From: a bacterium
Lineage (GTDB): Bacteria > Synergistota > GBS-1
Direction of reading: 5' to 3'
Assembly (NCBI GenBank): GCA_030153785.1
Contig: JASKLF010000005.1
Location: 64,001-128,000 of the forward strand
Length of the DNA stretch: 64,000 nt
Shown here: positions 16,204-24,697 of the stretch, piece after piece
Numbering within the stretch: position 1 is the first letter of the stretch
How the letters are laid out: each line of letters begins with the position of its first letter
The notes under the pieces: model-generated
What the model was told of the DNA's origin: nothing
What the model saw: the letters and a program-made list of their open reading frames with translations, nothing else
The model's database searches: none
Program-made: the position numbers and the translations under genes

Positions 16204-17653
16204 CAGGTTTAAGTTCAAACTTTACAAGCATCTTCAGCTGAGCCTCCCGAAGATATACGAGGAGGCAAGGAGGGTTGCGGATGAAATAGGGATACCTAAG
16301 GAGATAAGGGGGAAGTTTGGATTAACGGGTGCCATATCCAGCTGTCATGGGCTTTTAACTCGTAAGGTGGCCAAGGTTATGGATGATGCGGCAAGGGAGG
16401 TTGTTCCTAACAAGGTTTATGACGAGGAGTTGAGGGAGATAATAAAGAGCTATTATGGAGATGAATATGATGCCTTGGCCGTTAATACCTGTGAAGCTGC
16501 CTTATGGCTGTGTTTCGATGTTTTAGTGAGTCCTCCTTTTCAGGGTAGAGGATATAACTATAGGTCCCGTTATATAGCTCCTTATGAAAGACACCTTCAT
16601 CATCAGGGTGGATACGGTAGGCCATTTCCTCCTAAGTACAAGGATATTTTTGCCGATAGGGGATGCACGGCCGGGGAGCTTGGATTTTATGGCAAGAGAC
16701 TTGAGAATGTGGATGTGGTTTATGTGCCCCTCGTGGGGGCAAGGTATGAAGTTCATGGAATAAAGTATCATCCTGTTGTATTGTTAAGCGGAGTTGACCC
16801 TAAAAGCTCGATTGAGAGAATTAAAGTTATTGCGGAGAGACACTCTCCCTTCTTGAGCGGTTTTAGCTCTCTCGCTTACGATACTCCCGGTTATGGTTAT
16901 GGGGTCAAGGATAAAGATGGAACCCCCGTTCTACAAAAGGGTATCGCCTCTTTGGCTAAAGATTTCGATGTTCCTTACATACTTGATAATGCGTGGGGAG
17001 TTCCTTTTATCGGCGCTGATTTAAGAAAGATAGGTGGAGATGTCATACTCTATAGCATGGACAAGGCGAGTGGTTCTCCCACCGTTGGGTTAATCATAGG
17101 GCGAGAGGATATCATGGTTTCTTTAAGAAGGGCCTTAGGGGTTCATGGGGATAGATGGGGGACCACGGGTTCCTACGGTAAGGCTGCTTATGTTACCTTT
17201 GACCCCGGTAAAGAGGCCCTCGTGGGATTAACGGCAGCATTAAAAGAGTTGCTCGATAACTCTAATAGGTTCATAAAGATGGTTGACAGGTTGTATGAGA
17301 TAACCATAGAGGAGTTTGGAAATATTCATCCCAACCTTAGGAAGGAGTTTAAGTTCGCTAAAAGCTATAATTCCGGTGCAGTTGAAATAAATTATGATAG
17401 GACTTGGATTGATGGTATCGGCCTTCCCATATTCTCGATAGAGGATATGTATTCTGGAACCAATATACTTCAAAGCGGTCTATCTCAAATGGGCATCATT
17501 CCAACTATAGCATATGATGCTAATATTTTCATCTCTCCCGGGCTTGGAACCACCGATGAAAATGGAGATCTCATTGAGGATCGAATGAGAATTGCGATAA
17601 GGGGATTGGTAAAGCTCATGGAGATAGTTGCAAAATACGCTGAATTGATATAA
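16196..17653 (+). CDS. PLP-dependent fold-type I enzyme, distantly SelA/DgaE-like, function unknown
   Basis: VNTCEAAL, ILDNAWG (pyridine-N Asp), YSMDKASGSPTVGLIIG (Schiff-base Lys at 17063, compare SelA SGDKLLGGP); SD GGAGG. Confidence 0.75.
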   Translation: MSNRFKFKLYKHLQLSLPKIYEEARRVADEIGIPKEIRGKFGLTGAISSCHGLLTRKVAKVMDDAAREVVPNKVYDEELREIIKSYYGDEYDALAVNTCEAALWLCFDVLVSPPFQGRGYNYRSRYIAPYERHLHHQGGYGRPFPPKYKDIFADRGCTAGELGFYGKRLENVDVVYVPLVGARYEVHGIKYHPVVLLSGVDPKSSIERIKVIAERHSPFLSGFSSLAYDTPGYGYGVKDKDGTPVLQKGIASLAKDFDVPYILDNAWGVPFIGADLRKIGGDVILYSMDKASGSPTVGLIIGREDIMVSLRRALGVHGDRWGTTGSYGKAAYVTFDPGKEALVGLTAALKELLDNSNRFIKMVDRLYEITIEEFGNIHPNLRKEFKFAKSYNSGAVEINYDRTWIDGIGLPIFSIEDMYSGTNILQSGLSQMGIIPTIAYDANIFISPGLGTTDENGDLIEDRMRIAIRGLVKLMEIVAKYAELI

Positions 17654-17690
17654 GCTTAAAGGTAACATTTCGATGGGGAGGTGCAGATAC

Positions 17691-18704
17691 ATGTTAAGGG
17701 GAAGGTTTTTGTGTATCATGGTGTTGCTTCTTTCCCTGTGTGTTGGGAGTATGGCCTTAGCTTCTGAGCTTAAGCCAGTAACTTTAACATGGGTAGCTGG
17801 TGGAGTTGGAGGAGGTTGGTATACTCAAGCGGGTGCTCTGGCTTCCTTGATTAATCAGAAAGAGCCTAAGATAACCATCAAGGTTGTTCCCGGTGGAGGA
17901 GTAGTTAACCCGATGCGCGTTTCCTCAGGCGAGGCTGACCTTGGGTGGGGTATAACCTTTGTCGATAAGATGGCTTATAAGGGACTTCAGCCTCTTTACA
18001 AAAAAGCGTTCCCGAATGTTAGAGCCATAGGTGGCTATTTTGGATATTATCATATTCATTTTATCGCCGCTGCCGAAACGGGAATTAAAACCGTTAAAGA
18101 GCTTGCTGATATGGTTAAGGCGGGTAAGCCCATAAGAATAGCTATACCCATGAAGGGGACATCTGATTTGCCTCTTGCTGAGAGGATTCTTGCTTTCTAC
18201 GGGATTAGCCTGGAGGACATTAAGAAGGCCGGTGGAGAGTATTTCCATGCGGTCTATGCCGATATGGTAAGCAACTATAAGGACCGCCATGTAGATTTCG
18301 TTATAACGCATCTTTCTTTACCTGCTGCGGCTGTAACGGAGATGTTTGTTTCCCGTGACTCCGTTCTTTTGGCCGTTTCGGATGAGTGCATAGACACGAT
18401 AAGCAAGGAGCTTGGAACCGTTCCTCGTGAGACAGGATTGTGTGTAATTCCGGCTGGAACTTATAAGGGGCAGAATGAGGATGTTCCTGCGGTTGCCACC
18501 GCTGGCGAGCTTTTGGTTAACGCCAACGTGCCTGAAGATGTGGTTTATACCATCACCAAGATACTGTGCGAGAATATTGAGGAAGTCTATGCTGCTCATC
18601 CAGCGAATAAGACTTTCGACCCCAAAACGGGGTGGAAGAACATAGCGGTTCCTCTTCACCCGGGTGCCGAGAAGTATTACAAGGAAAAGGGATACATGAA
18701 GTAG
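17691..18704 (+). CDS. TAXI-family TRAP substrate-binding protein
   Basis: Signal peptide; AGGVGGGWY, GGGVVN, PAGTYKGQ..DVP, VPLHPGAEKYYKE. Confidence 0.92.
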   Translation: MLRGRFLCIMVLLLSLCVGSMALASELKPVTLTWVAGGVGGGWYTQAGALASLINQKEPKITIKVVPGGGVVNPMRVSSGEADLGWGITFVDKMAYKGLQPLYKKAFPNVRAIGGYFGYYHIHFIAAAETGIKTVKELADMVKAGKPIRIAIPMKGTSDLPLAERILAFYGISLEDIKKAGGEYFHAVYADMVSNYKDRHVDFVITHLSLPAAAVTEMFVSRDSVLLAVSDECIDTISKELGTVPRETGLCVIPAGTYKGQNEDVPAVATAGELLVNANVPEDVVYTITKILCENIEEVYAAHPANKTFDPKTGWKNIAVPLHPGAEKYYKEKGYMK

Positions 18705-18720
18705 GGAGCTGAAGATACTC

Positions 18721-20619
18721 GTGCGGGTTCTTTCAGGTTGGCAAAGATATTTAGTGGGCGTGTGGCTTACCGCCACCGCCCTTTTTCATCTTTATACCGC
18801 TACCACGGGAGTTTTACAGCCGAGATATCAACGGGGAATTCATCTCCTTTTACTTTTGCCATTGGCTTTTTTGCTTTATCCAGCGACAAAGAAGTCTCCA
18901 CGCGATAGGTTTACCCTTTTAGACTCCCTTTTTGCGTTTCTTTCCCTTTTCCCTCCTCTTTACTTAATAGTTTTTAACGACGCATTGAACTTGAGATACG
19001 AATTTGTTGACCCTGTAACGCCCTTAGAGCTTACATTGGGTTTAATGAATATAGTTTTGCTTTTGGAAGCCATAAGGCGCGCTGTGGTTCCCGCTATGGC
19101 CTTGCTTCTATCGGTTCTTATGGGATACCTTTTCATTGCTCCTTATCTTCCGGGTGTTTTTTACGCTAAGCCATTGCCTTTGGGAAGGTTTGTAGAAATG
19201 TTTTATCTTATAACCGATAGCGGAATATATGGAGCGATAACGGGGATATCAGCTACAGTAGTGGCTCTTTTCGTTATCTTGGGTGCCTTTCTGGAAACCA
19301 CCAAGGTTGGAGATTATCTCACGAATATAGCTGCCAGGATAGCGGGAAGAGGACCAGGAGGTCCGGCGAAGATTGCCGTTTTGGCGAGCGGGCTCTTTGG
19401 TTCCATAAGCGGGGTGGCGGCAAGTAATGTATATGCCACAGGAAGCTTTACCATACCTATGATGAAAAGGTTGGGGTATAAACCGGAGTTTGCGGGAGCT
19501 GTTGAGGCGGTGGCTTCCACAGGTGGGATATTTATGCCTCCTGTGATGGGAGCTGCTGCCTTTGTTATGTCGGAGCTTACCAATATACCCTATATAAAGA
19601 TATGCGCCGCCGCTTTACTGGGAGCGATATTCTACTATTTGGCTCTGGGCCTTACCGTTCACTATGTGGCTCTCAGAGATAACCTTAAAGGGATGTCCAA
19701 GGAGGAGCTTCCCAAGTGGCGAGAGCTCGCTCGCGATTCCTACCTTCTTGCACCGGCATTTGGGTTGGTTTATTTTCTGATCAAGGGGTATTCTCCCTTT
19801 ATGGCAGCCTACTACTCGATATGGATTTCCATATTAATAAGCTTCTTTAAAAGGGAAACTTTCATGACCCCTAAGAGACTTCTCTTTTCCTTGGAGCGTG
19901 GGGCTTCAAATATGATAATAGTTGCTTTGGCCTGTGCGGGCGCTGGCATGGTAGTAAGTATTCTGACCCATACCGGTTTGGGTTTGGGACTGGCTTCAAT
20001 CATAACTACCCTTTCGAAGGGGCACCTTCTTTTGGCTCTTATATTGGTTATGATAGTTTGCCTGATTCTCGGCATGGGACTTCCAACCACACCTGCGTAT
20101 GTTATAGCGGTAACCATAGCTGGGCCTGCTTTGCTTAAGATGGGTGTAGACCCTTTAAAGGCTCATATGTTTTCCCTTTACTTCGCTAAGCTTTCCGAAG
20201 TTACACCGCCTGTTTGCGTAGCTTCCTACTGTGCAGCTTCAATTGCAGGAACGGATCCTATGAAGGTTGGCTTTGTCAGCTGGAGGCTTGCGCTTACGGG
20301 ATATCTCGTCGGATACATATTCATCTATAACGATGCTCTGCTTCTGAGGGGTAGCTTGGCAGAGATAGGATCGATCATCGTTTTTATGACGGTAATTTCT
20401 CTATCTCTGGCTATAGGTGTAGCGGGATATTTTAGAGGAAGATTAAGTTTGCTTGAAAGGTCGTTGTTCTTCGGTATTGTGATTGCTTTTACTCTCTTTT
20501 CAACCCTAAAGGGGTTTCCTCGTGAAACTGTGGCTTTGTTTGTGACCGTGTTTGCTTTGGGATATTTAGGTGTGAGTAAGTTTCTACTTAAAAAAGAAGA
20601 GGCTTCTAAGATAATTTAG
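18721..20619 (+). CDS. TRAP fused 4TM/12TM permease (TAXI type)
   Basis: GGPAKIAV..S..FGSISG, TGSFTIPMMK, EAVASTGG..MPPVMGAAAF, LGMGLPTTPAY, VTPPV. Confidence 0.93.
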   Translation: MRVLSGWQRYLVGVWLTATALFHLYTATTGVLQPRYQRGIHLLLLLPLAFLLYPATKKSPRDRFTLLDSLFAFLSLFPPLYLIVFNDALNLRYEFVDPVTPLELTLGLMNIVLLLEAIRRAVVPAMALLLSVLMGYLFIAPYLPGVFYAKPLPLGRFVEMFYLITDSGIYGAITGISATVVALFVILGAFLETTKVGDYLTNIAARIAGRGPGGPAKIAVLASGLFGSISGVAASNVYATGSFTIPMMKRLGYKPEFAGAVEAVASTGGIFMPPVMGAAAFVMSELTNIPYIKICAAALLGAIFYYLALGLTVHYVALRDNLKGMSKEELPKWRELARDSYLLAPAFGLVYFLIKGYSPFMAAYYSIWISILISFFKRETFMTPKRLLFSLERGASNMIIVALACAGAGMVVSILTHTGLGLGLASIITTLSKGHLLLALILVMIVCLILGMGLPTTPAYVIAVTIAGPALLKMGVDPLKAHMFSLYFAKLSEVTPPVCVASYCAASIAGTDPMKVGFVSWRLALTGYLVGYIFIYNDALLLRGSLAEIGSIIVFMTVISLSLAIGVAGYFRGRLSLLERSLFFGIVIAFTLFSTLKGFPRETVALFVTVFALGYLGVSKFLLKKEEASKII

Positions 20620-20650
20620 CGGTTTGAGTGGTTTCCTATGGGGTGGGGGG

Positions 20651-20890
20651 ATGGAGAGGATGTTTGAGGGAAGGATTTTAGATGCCCTTGATATTGAAGC
20701 GGTGTTTGTTGCCGAGGATGAGGAGGAGGCAAAAAGATTAGGGATTGACTTGGTTAGATCCTTTGGTCTTAAGGATGGGGATGTGGTTTTTTTAGAGAAG
20801 ATTGGGAAATTTGTTCGCGTCAGGCTTCGTGCCTATGTCTATAGACCGGGGGATAGATATTATTGGCTTTGTGGAGATGAGGCTAAATGA
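20651..20890 (+). CDS. 79-aa protein resembling the aminomutase (KamE/OraE) dimerisation domain
   Basis: LDIEAVF....EEEAKRLGIDLVRSFGLKDGDVVFLEKIG.FVRV parallels the recalled VQLSFTLP..ERAKEAA..LAKKMGL..PEVV.ME.LG; ATGA overlap with the next gene. Confidence 0.55.
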   Translation: MERMFEGRILDALDIEAVFVAEDEEEAKRLGIDLVRSFGLKDGDVVFLEKIGKFVRVRLRAYVYRPGDRYYWLCGDEAK

Positions 20891-22665
20891 AGATATTGAT
20901 GGTGCCTTTGGACCCCGTTCATGATGTTGCTTTAAAGATGCTGAAAAGGGAATTAATTGGCCGAGGATACGAGATAGTCCTTCTTCCTCCAGATATGAAG
21001 CTTGAAGAGGTAGTAGAGATATGTAAGCATGAGAGGCCTTCCTTCATAATGGTAAGTAGAACGGTAGGGTATGGAGCAAGTGAAATATTAGGCAGGTTTA
21101 TAGATCTTCTTGATGCCTCTGGAGTAAGGAAGTTTGCCCGGGTTATTGTGGGAGGAAAGGCTGTAACTAAGGAACTCGCTGCCGAACTTGGGTATGATGC
21201 GGGGTTTGGCGAAGGGACGAAGTGGGAAGATGTGGTTGCCTATATAGAGGGTAGGCCTGTTAAAAGAGGGGATGCCTTTTTTAAAAGAGAGAAGAGAGAT
21301 ATTACCAAGGGGTATAGTTACAGGATAGTTGATGAGGCTTTTTTAGACCCTTTAGATGAGATAGTAAGTCAGGTTTTAGAATGGGTTTCCGATAAAAGCT
21401 CTCCTGCGATAGAAAGGGCGAAGATAAGGGAAAGGATTCTTGCCGGTGAAGACCTTCTCGGGGAGTATTTGAAGCTTTGCGATGATTTAGTGAAGGGCTT
21501 TTATCTTAGGGGTGAAGTCCCTAAGAGGGTTAAGGTTTTAGCTGATGAGGAAGTGGATAGATTTAAGCGTTTTATAGGTGATACCCTCTTTCCTGAAGAG
21601 CCTTCCCCATTTTCGGATGGAAATCCTCTTATCTTCATCCAATATGGGACAGGCTGTCCCTTCATGGATGGGCTTCACATAAAGATATGTGAAGCGTGGG
21701 GAGCTAACGGCTTTCTTCACTTCGATCCCTCTTGGGGGGCAAGGCTTGAAGGCCTTCTTAGCGGGATACTCTCTCACGAGGAAGACGGCACGATATTGAC
21801 TCTTGAAAATTTAAAGCTTATCAAATCCCTCTTAAGCGAGTCAAGCCTTTGGAGCGTTAGAGCCCATAGGGGGTTGAATACTCCTGAAACGGTTGTCCTT
21901 GCATATGCTGCTGGTGCGGATTTGACGAAGATAAACATGGTTTATGGTTCCTTAAATGGGGGGACCGATCCTGAAAGGCTTGTAGTTGATGGGGTCTATG
22001 CGATAAAGCTTGCGTCGAAATTTAGCTTACCCTTTGATATCCCTACCAATGAGGAGTTGGGTGGCATTCCCGCTTATAAGGCCTTCGCTGGAATGCTTAT
22101 AGTAGCTCATTTGGGAGTTAAGCTCGGTGCCAAGCCCATATTAAAGCCCTTGTTCTGTTTTTCTCCCGATGTGATGATTAATGGCTATATGGATGATAAC
22201 TATGTGGATTATAATGTGGCAAAGGTTCTCGCCTTAAGGGAGATAATGGATGCCCCCATTTGGGCTGGTGAACCGATAGGCTTTATGACCCATAGCGAGG
22301 AAAGGGTTCAATCAGCGCTCACAACGGCGCTTCATGCGGGTTTGGCCAAGTCTCTTAGTCTTGATGCTGTTACCATAGCGTCGACCGATGAGGCTTATGC
22401 AAGGGGGGCGATAACCTCTGCTTCGAGGGTTGATTCTCTAAGGGGAGTCAAGGAAGCCTTCAGATTTCTTGGAAGAGCTTTAATCGAGCCTACATCTAAG
22501 GCGAAGAGCTTCAAGGAACTTATCAAAGAGGGAGTGTTGAGAACCTTAGATAGGGTCGCAAAAAGGGGAGATTTTGTGGCTTCCCTTTATGAGGGCTTAT
22601 TAGGGACGAGGGAAGAGGGAGCTACCCCTGGAAGGGCTGGGAGGGGAACGATTTTAAGATGCTAA
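20887..22665 (+). CDS. Cobalamin-dependent aminomutase-family protein: N-terminal B12-binding domain plus C-terminal KamD/OraE-like TIM barrel
   Basis: DPVHDVA (His ligand), MVSRT, IVGGK, AELGYDAGFGEG (KamE-like); barrel motifs QYGTG..MD..WGANG, GTILTLENLK, RGLNTPE, VYGSL...DPERLVVD. Confidence 0.8.
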   Translation: MKILMVPLDPVHDVALKMLKRELIGRGYEIVLLPPDMKLEEVVEICKHERPSFIMVSRTVGYGASEILGRFIDLLDASGVRKFARVIVGGKAVTKELAAELGYDAGFGEGTKWEDVVAYIEGRPVKRGDAFFKREKRDITKGYSYRIVDEAFLDPLDEIVSQVLEWVSDKSSPAIERAKIRERILAGEDLLGEYLKLCDDLVKGFYLRGEVPKRVKVLADEEVDRFKRFIGDTLFPEEPSPFSDGNPLIFIQYGTGCPFMDGLHIKICEAWGANGFLHFDPSWGARLEGLLSGILSHEEDGTILTLENLKLIKSLLSESSLWSVRAHRGLNTPETVVLAYAAGADLTKINMVYGSLNGGTDPERLVVDGVYAIKLASKFSLPFDIPTNEELGGIPAYKAFAGMLIVAHLGVKLGAKPILKPLFCFSPDVMINGYMDDNYVDYNVAKVLALREIMDAPIWAGEPIGFMTHSEERVQSALTTALHAGLAKSLSLDAVTIASTDEAYARGAITSASRVDSLRGVKEAFRFLGRALIEPTSKAKSFKELIKEGVLRTLDRVAKRGDFVASLYEGLLGTREEGATPGRAGRGTILRC

Positions 22666-23567
22666 GCTTGGGGGTATTCGGAACTGCGAAGAATACGGGA
22701 AAGACCACGGTTTTCAATACGGCTTTGAGATGCCTTTGGGGGTTCGGGCGTGTGGCGATAACCAGTATAGGCTTCGATGGCGAAGATTTGGACCACATAA
22801 CGGGGCTTCCCAAGCCCAAGGTAGTGGTTGACGAAGGTATTTGGATAGTAACAAGTAAAGGGGTAACATGGAGAGCCACCGCGAGGCTTGAGTTAGTTAG
22901 GGGTCTCGACGTTGATACTCCCTTTGGCTCTTTGGAAATATATAAGGCTAAGTCGCCTGGTAGAGTTCCACTCGTGGGGCCTAACCGGGCTGATGACTTG
23001 CTTAAAGTGAAGGAAATTCTTGCAGGTTACGGGGTTGAGCTCTTTCTGGTTGACGGGGCTATCAATCGCATGATTCCCTTTCAATACGTGGATCTTGTTA
23101 TCCTCGCAACGGGAGCGTCTCGAAGCACCAACATTGAAGAGCTACTTTTGGAAACGGAAGCCATTGTTAAAGCTCTTTTCCTACCGAAGGGAGAAATCGG
23201 CAAGCTTGAGCTCCTTGAGGGACCTATAAGCTTTGAAGTTTTGAAAAGCTATGAGGGTAGGGGGATTTTGGTAGAATCACCTTTCCACGTGCTTTTACTC
23301 ATTGATTACAGGAATTTGCTTGACCTGCTAAGGAAGGTAGAGGTCTTCGTCTTAAGGAAACCTGAGCTTTTGTGTATTACTCTGAACCCCACTTACCCTG
23401 AAAGGAGGATAGAGGGCTTTAGGCTTTCCATGATAGATTTCTCTTCCCTTAAAAGCTTTCTCTCCAAGAAGCTCGGCGTTCCCTGTATAGATGTTTTGAG
23501 GGAAGAGGATGAGCTCTGTGAACTTTTAAATGCGAGGGTGAGAAGAGGATGGGCGTTTACGACTTGA
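22659..23567 (+). CDS. KamB-like aminomutase reactivase subunit (P-loop protein)
   Basis: LGVFGTAKNTGKTT, ITSIGFDGE..D..TGLPKP, LVDGAINR, VILATGAS, NPTYP. Confidence 0.7.
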   Translation: MLSLGVFGTAKNTGKTTVFNTALRCLWGFGRVAITSIGFDGEDLDHITGLPKPKVVVDEGIWIVTSKGVTWRATARLELVRGLDVDTPFGSLEIYKAKSPGRVPLVGPNRADDLLKVKEILAGYGVELFLVDGAINRMIPFQYVDLVILATGASRSTNIEELLLETEAIVKALFLPKGEIGKLELLEGPISFEVLKSYEGRGILVESPFHVLLLIDYRNLLDLLRKVEVFVLRKPELLCITLNPTYPERRIEGFRLSMIDFSSLKSFLSKKLGVPCIDVLREEDELCELLNARVRRGWAFTT

Positions 23568-24697
23568 TTATCATAGGAGGAGGAATTATAGGGTGTTCTA
23601 TAGCTTATCACGTCTCCCTTTTTAAAAAGTGGAGAATCTTGATTATCGAAAAGAATGGCATAGCTGGAGGGGCTTCTGGCTCTTGCGATGGAATTTTGTC
23701 TATTCTCTCGAAAAAGGGCGGTATACATCTTGAACTTGCCTTGGAGAGCCTTTCCATGATTAAAAGCTTGTCGAAAGAGCTTCCTATCGATATCGAGTTT
23801 CAGGAAACTCCGGGGATGGTAGTAATAGAAGATGAGGGTTATCTTCCCTTTATGGAGAGATTCGTGAATGAACAGAGGAAAAACACCGACCTTAAGATAG
23901 ATTTCTTAAATCCTAAGGAAGCTTTGCGTTTTGAGCCTCTATTGTCCACGAGAATTGCGGGGGTTTTAAGGTCTCCTCAGAATGGTCAGGTTAATCCGAT
24001 ATATCTTACTTATGCCTTCTTTGAGGGTGCCCGCTTAAGGGGGGTAGAATTGAGAAGGGGGGAAGAGGTTCTCGCTGTTGAAAGGAAGGGCTTCGGCGGT
24101 TTTAGGGTTTTAACTTCTCACGGTAGTTATGAGTCTGAAAGGGTAGTCCTTTCTGCTGGTTCTTGGTCTCCGCTTATATCCTCTTCTATAGGTATAGAGC
24201 TTCCTATAAAGCCGAGGAGAGGACAGCTCCTTGTTACCGAACCTATTGCAAGAGCCATAAATCACACCGTGCTTTCGAGCAGATATATAGTGGCCAAATA
24301 TGGGGTTGATACGGGTGGTAAGGAGGGGTTGGCCTTAGAGCAAACCCATCACGGTGCCTTTTTAATAGGGGCAACAAGAGAGTTTGTGGGCTACGATAAA
24401 AGCGTAACTTCCTCCGCTTTCGAAAGGCTTTCCAAAAATGCTGTAGAGGCCTTCCCCTTTTTGCGTGGCTTGAGGGTTATAAGGGCTTTTGCGGGATTAA
24501 GACCCTGGACGCCTGATGGCTTACCGATAATAGATAACATAGATGGTCTCTTTTTGGCTTGTGGGCACGAGGGAGATGGGATATGCCTTTCTGCCGTAAC
24601 GGGTAAGCTTTTAAGCGAGCTTATAGTTTATGGTAAGGCTTCATTTGATGTATCTCCCTTTTCCTTAAGCAGATTTAATACCTCTTCAGCTTTGTAG
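23549..24697 (+). CDS. FAD-dependent oxidoreductase, D-amino-acid/glycine oxidase (DAO) family
   Basis: IIGGGIIG.SIAY, GGASG, SAGSWS, PRRGQ, AGLRPWTPDGLPII, CGHEGDG. Confidence 0.9.
   Translation: MGVYDLIIIGGGIIGCSIAYHVSLFKKWRILIIEKNGIAGGASGSCDGILSILSKKGGIHLELALESLSMIKSLSKELPIDIEFQETPGMVVIEDEGYLPFMERFVNEQRKNTDLKIDFLNPKEALRFEPLLSTRIAGVLRSPQNGQVNPIYLTYAFFEGARLRGVELRRGEEVLAVERKGFGGFRVLTSHGSYESERVVLSAGSWSPLISSSIGIELPIKPRRGQLLVTEPIARAINHTVLSSRYIVAKYGVDTGGKEGLALEQTHHGAFLIGATREFVGYDKSVTSSAFERLSKNAVEAFPFLRGLRVIRAFAGLRPWTPDGLPIIDNIDGLFLACGHEGDGICLSAVTGKLLSELIVYGKASFDVSPFSLSRFNTSSAL

Noticed and set aside
16196..17653. Calling the PLP enzyme selenocysteine synthase SelA
   Set aside because: Only the Lys-motif region is similar; no selB, selD or tRNA-Sec nearby, and the context is catabolic
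20887..22665. Naming the B12 protein kamD/kamE, oraE or glutamate mutase
   Set aside because: Domain order, the missing PLP-Lys loop and the absent pathway partners do not fit any of them
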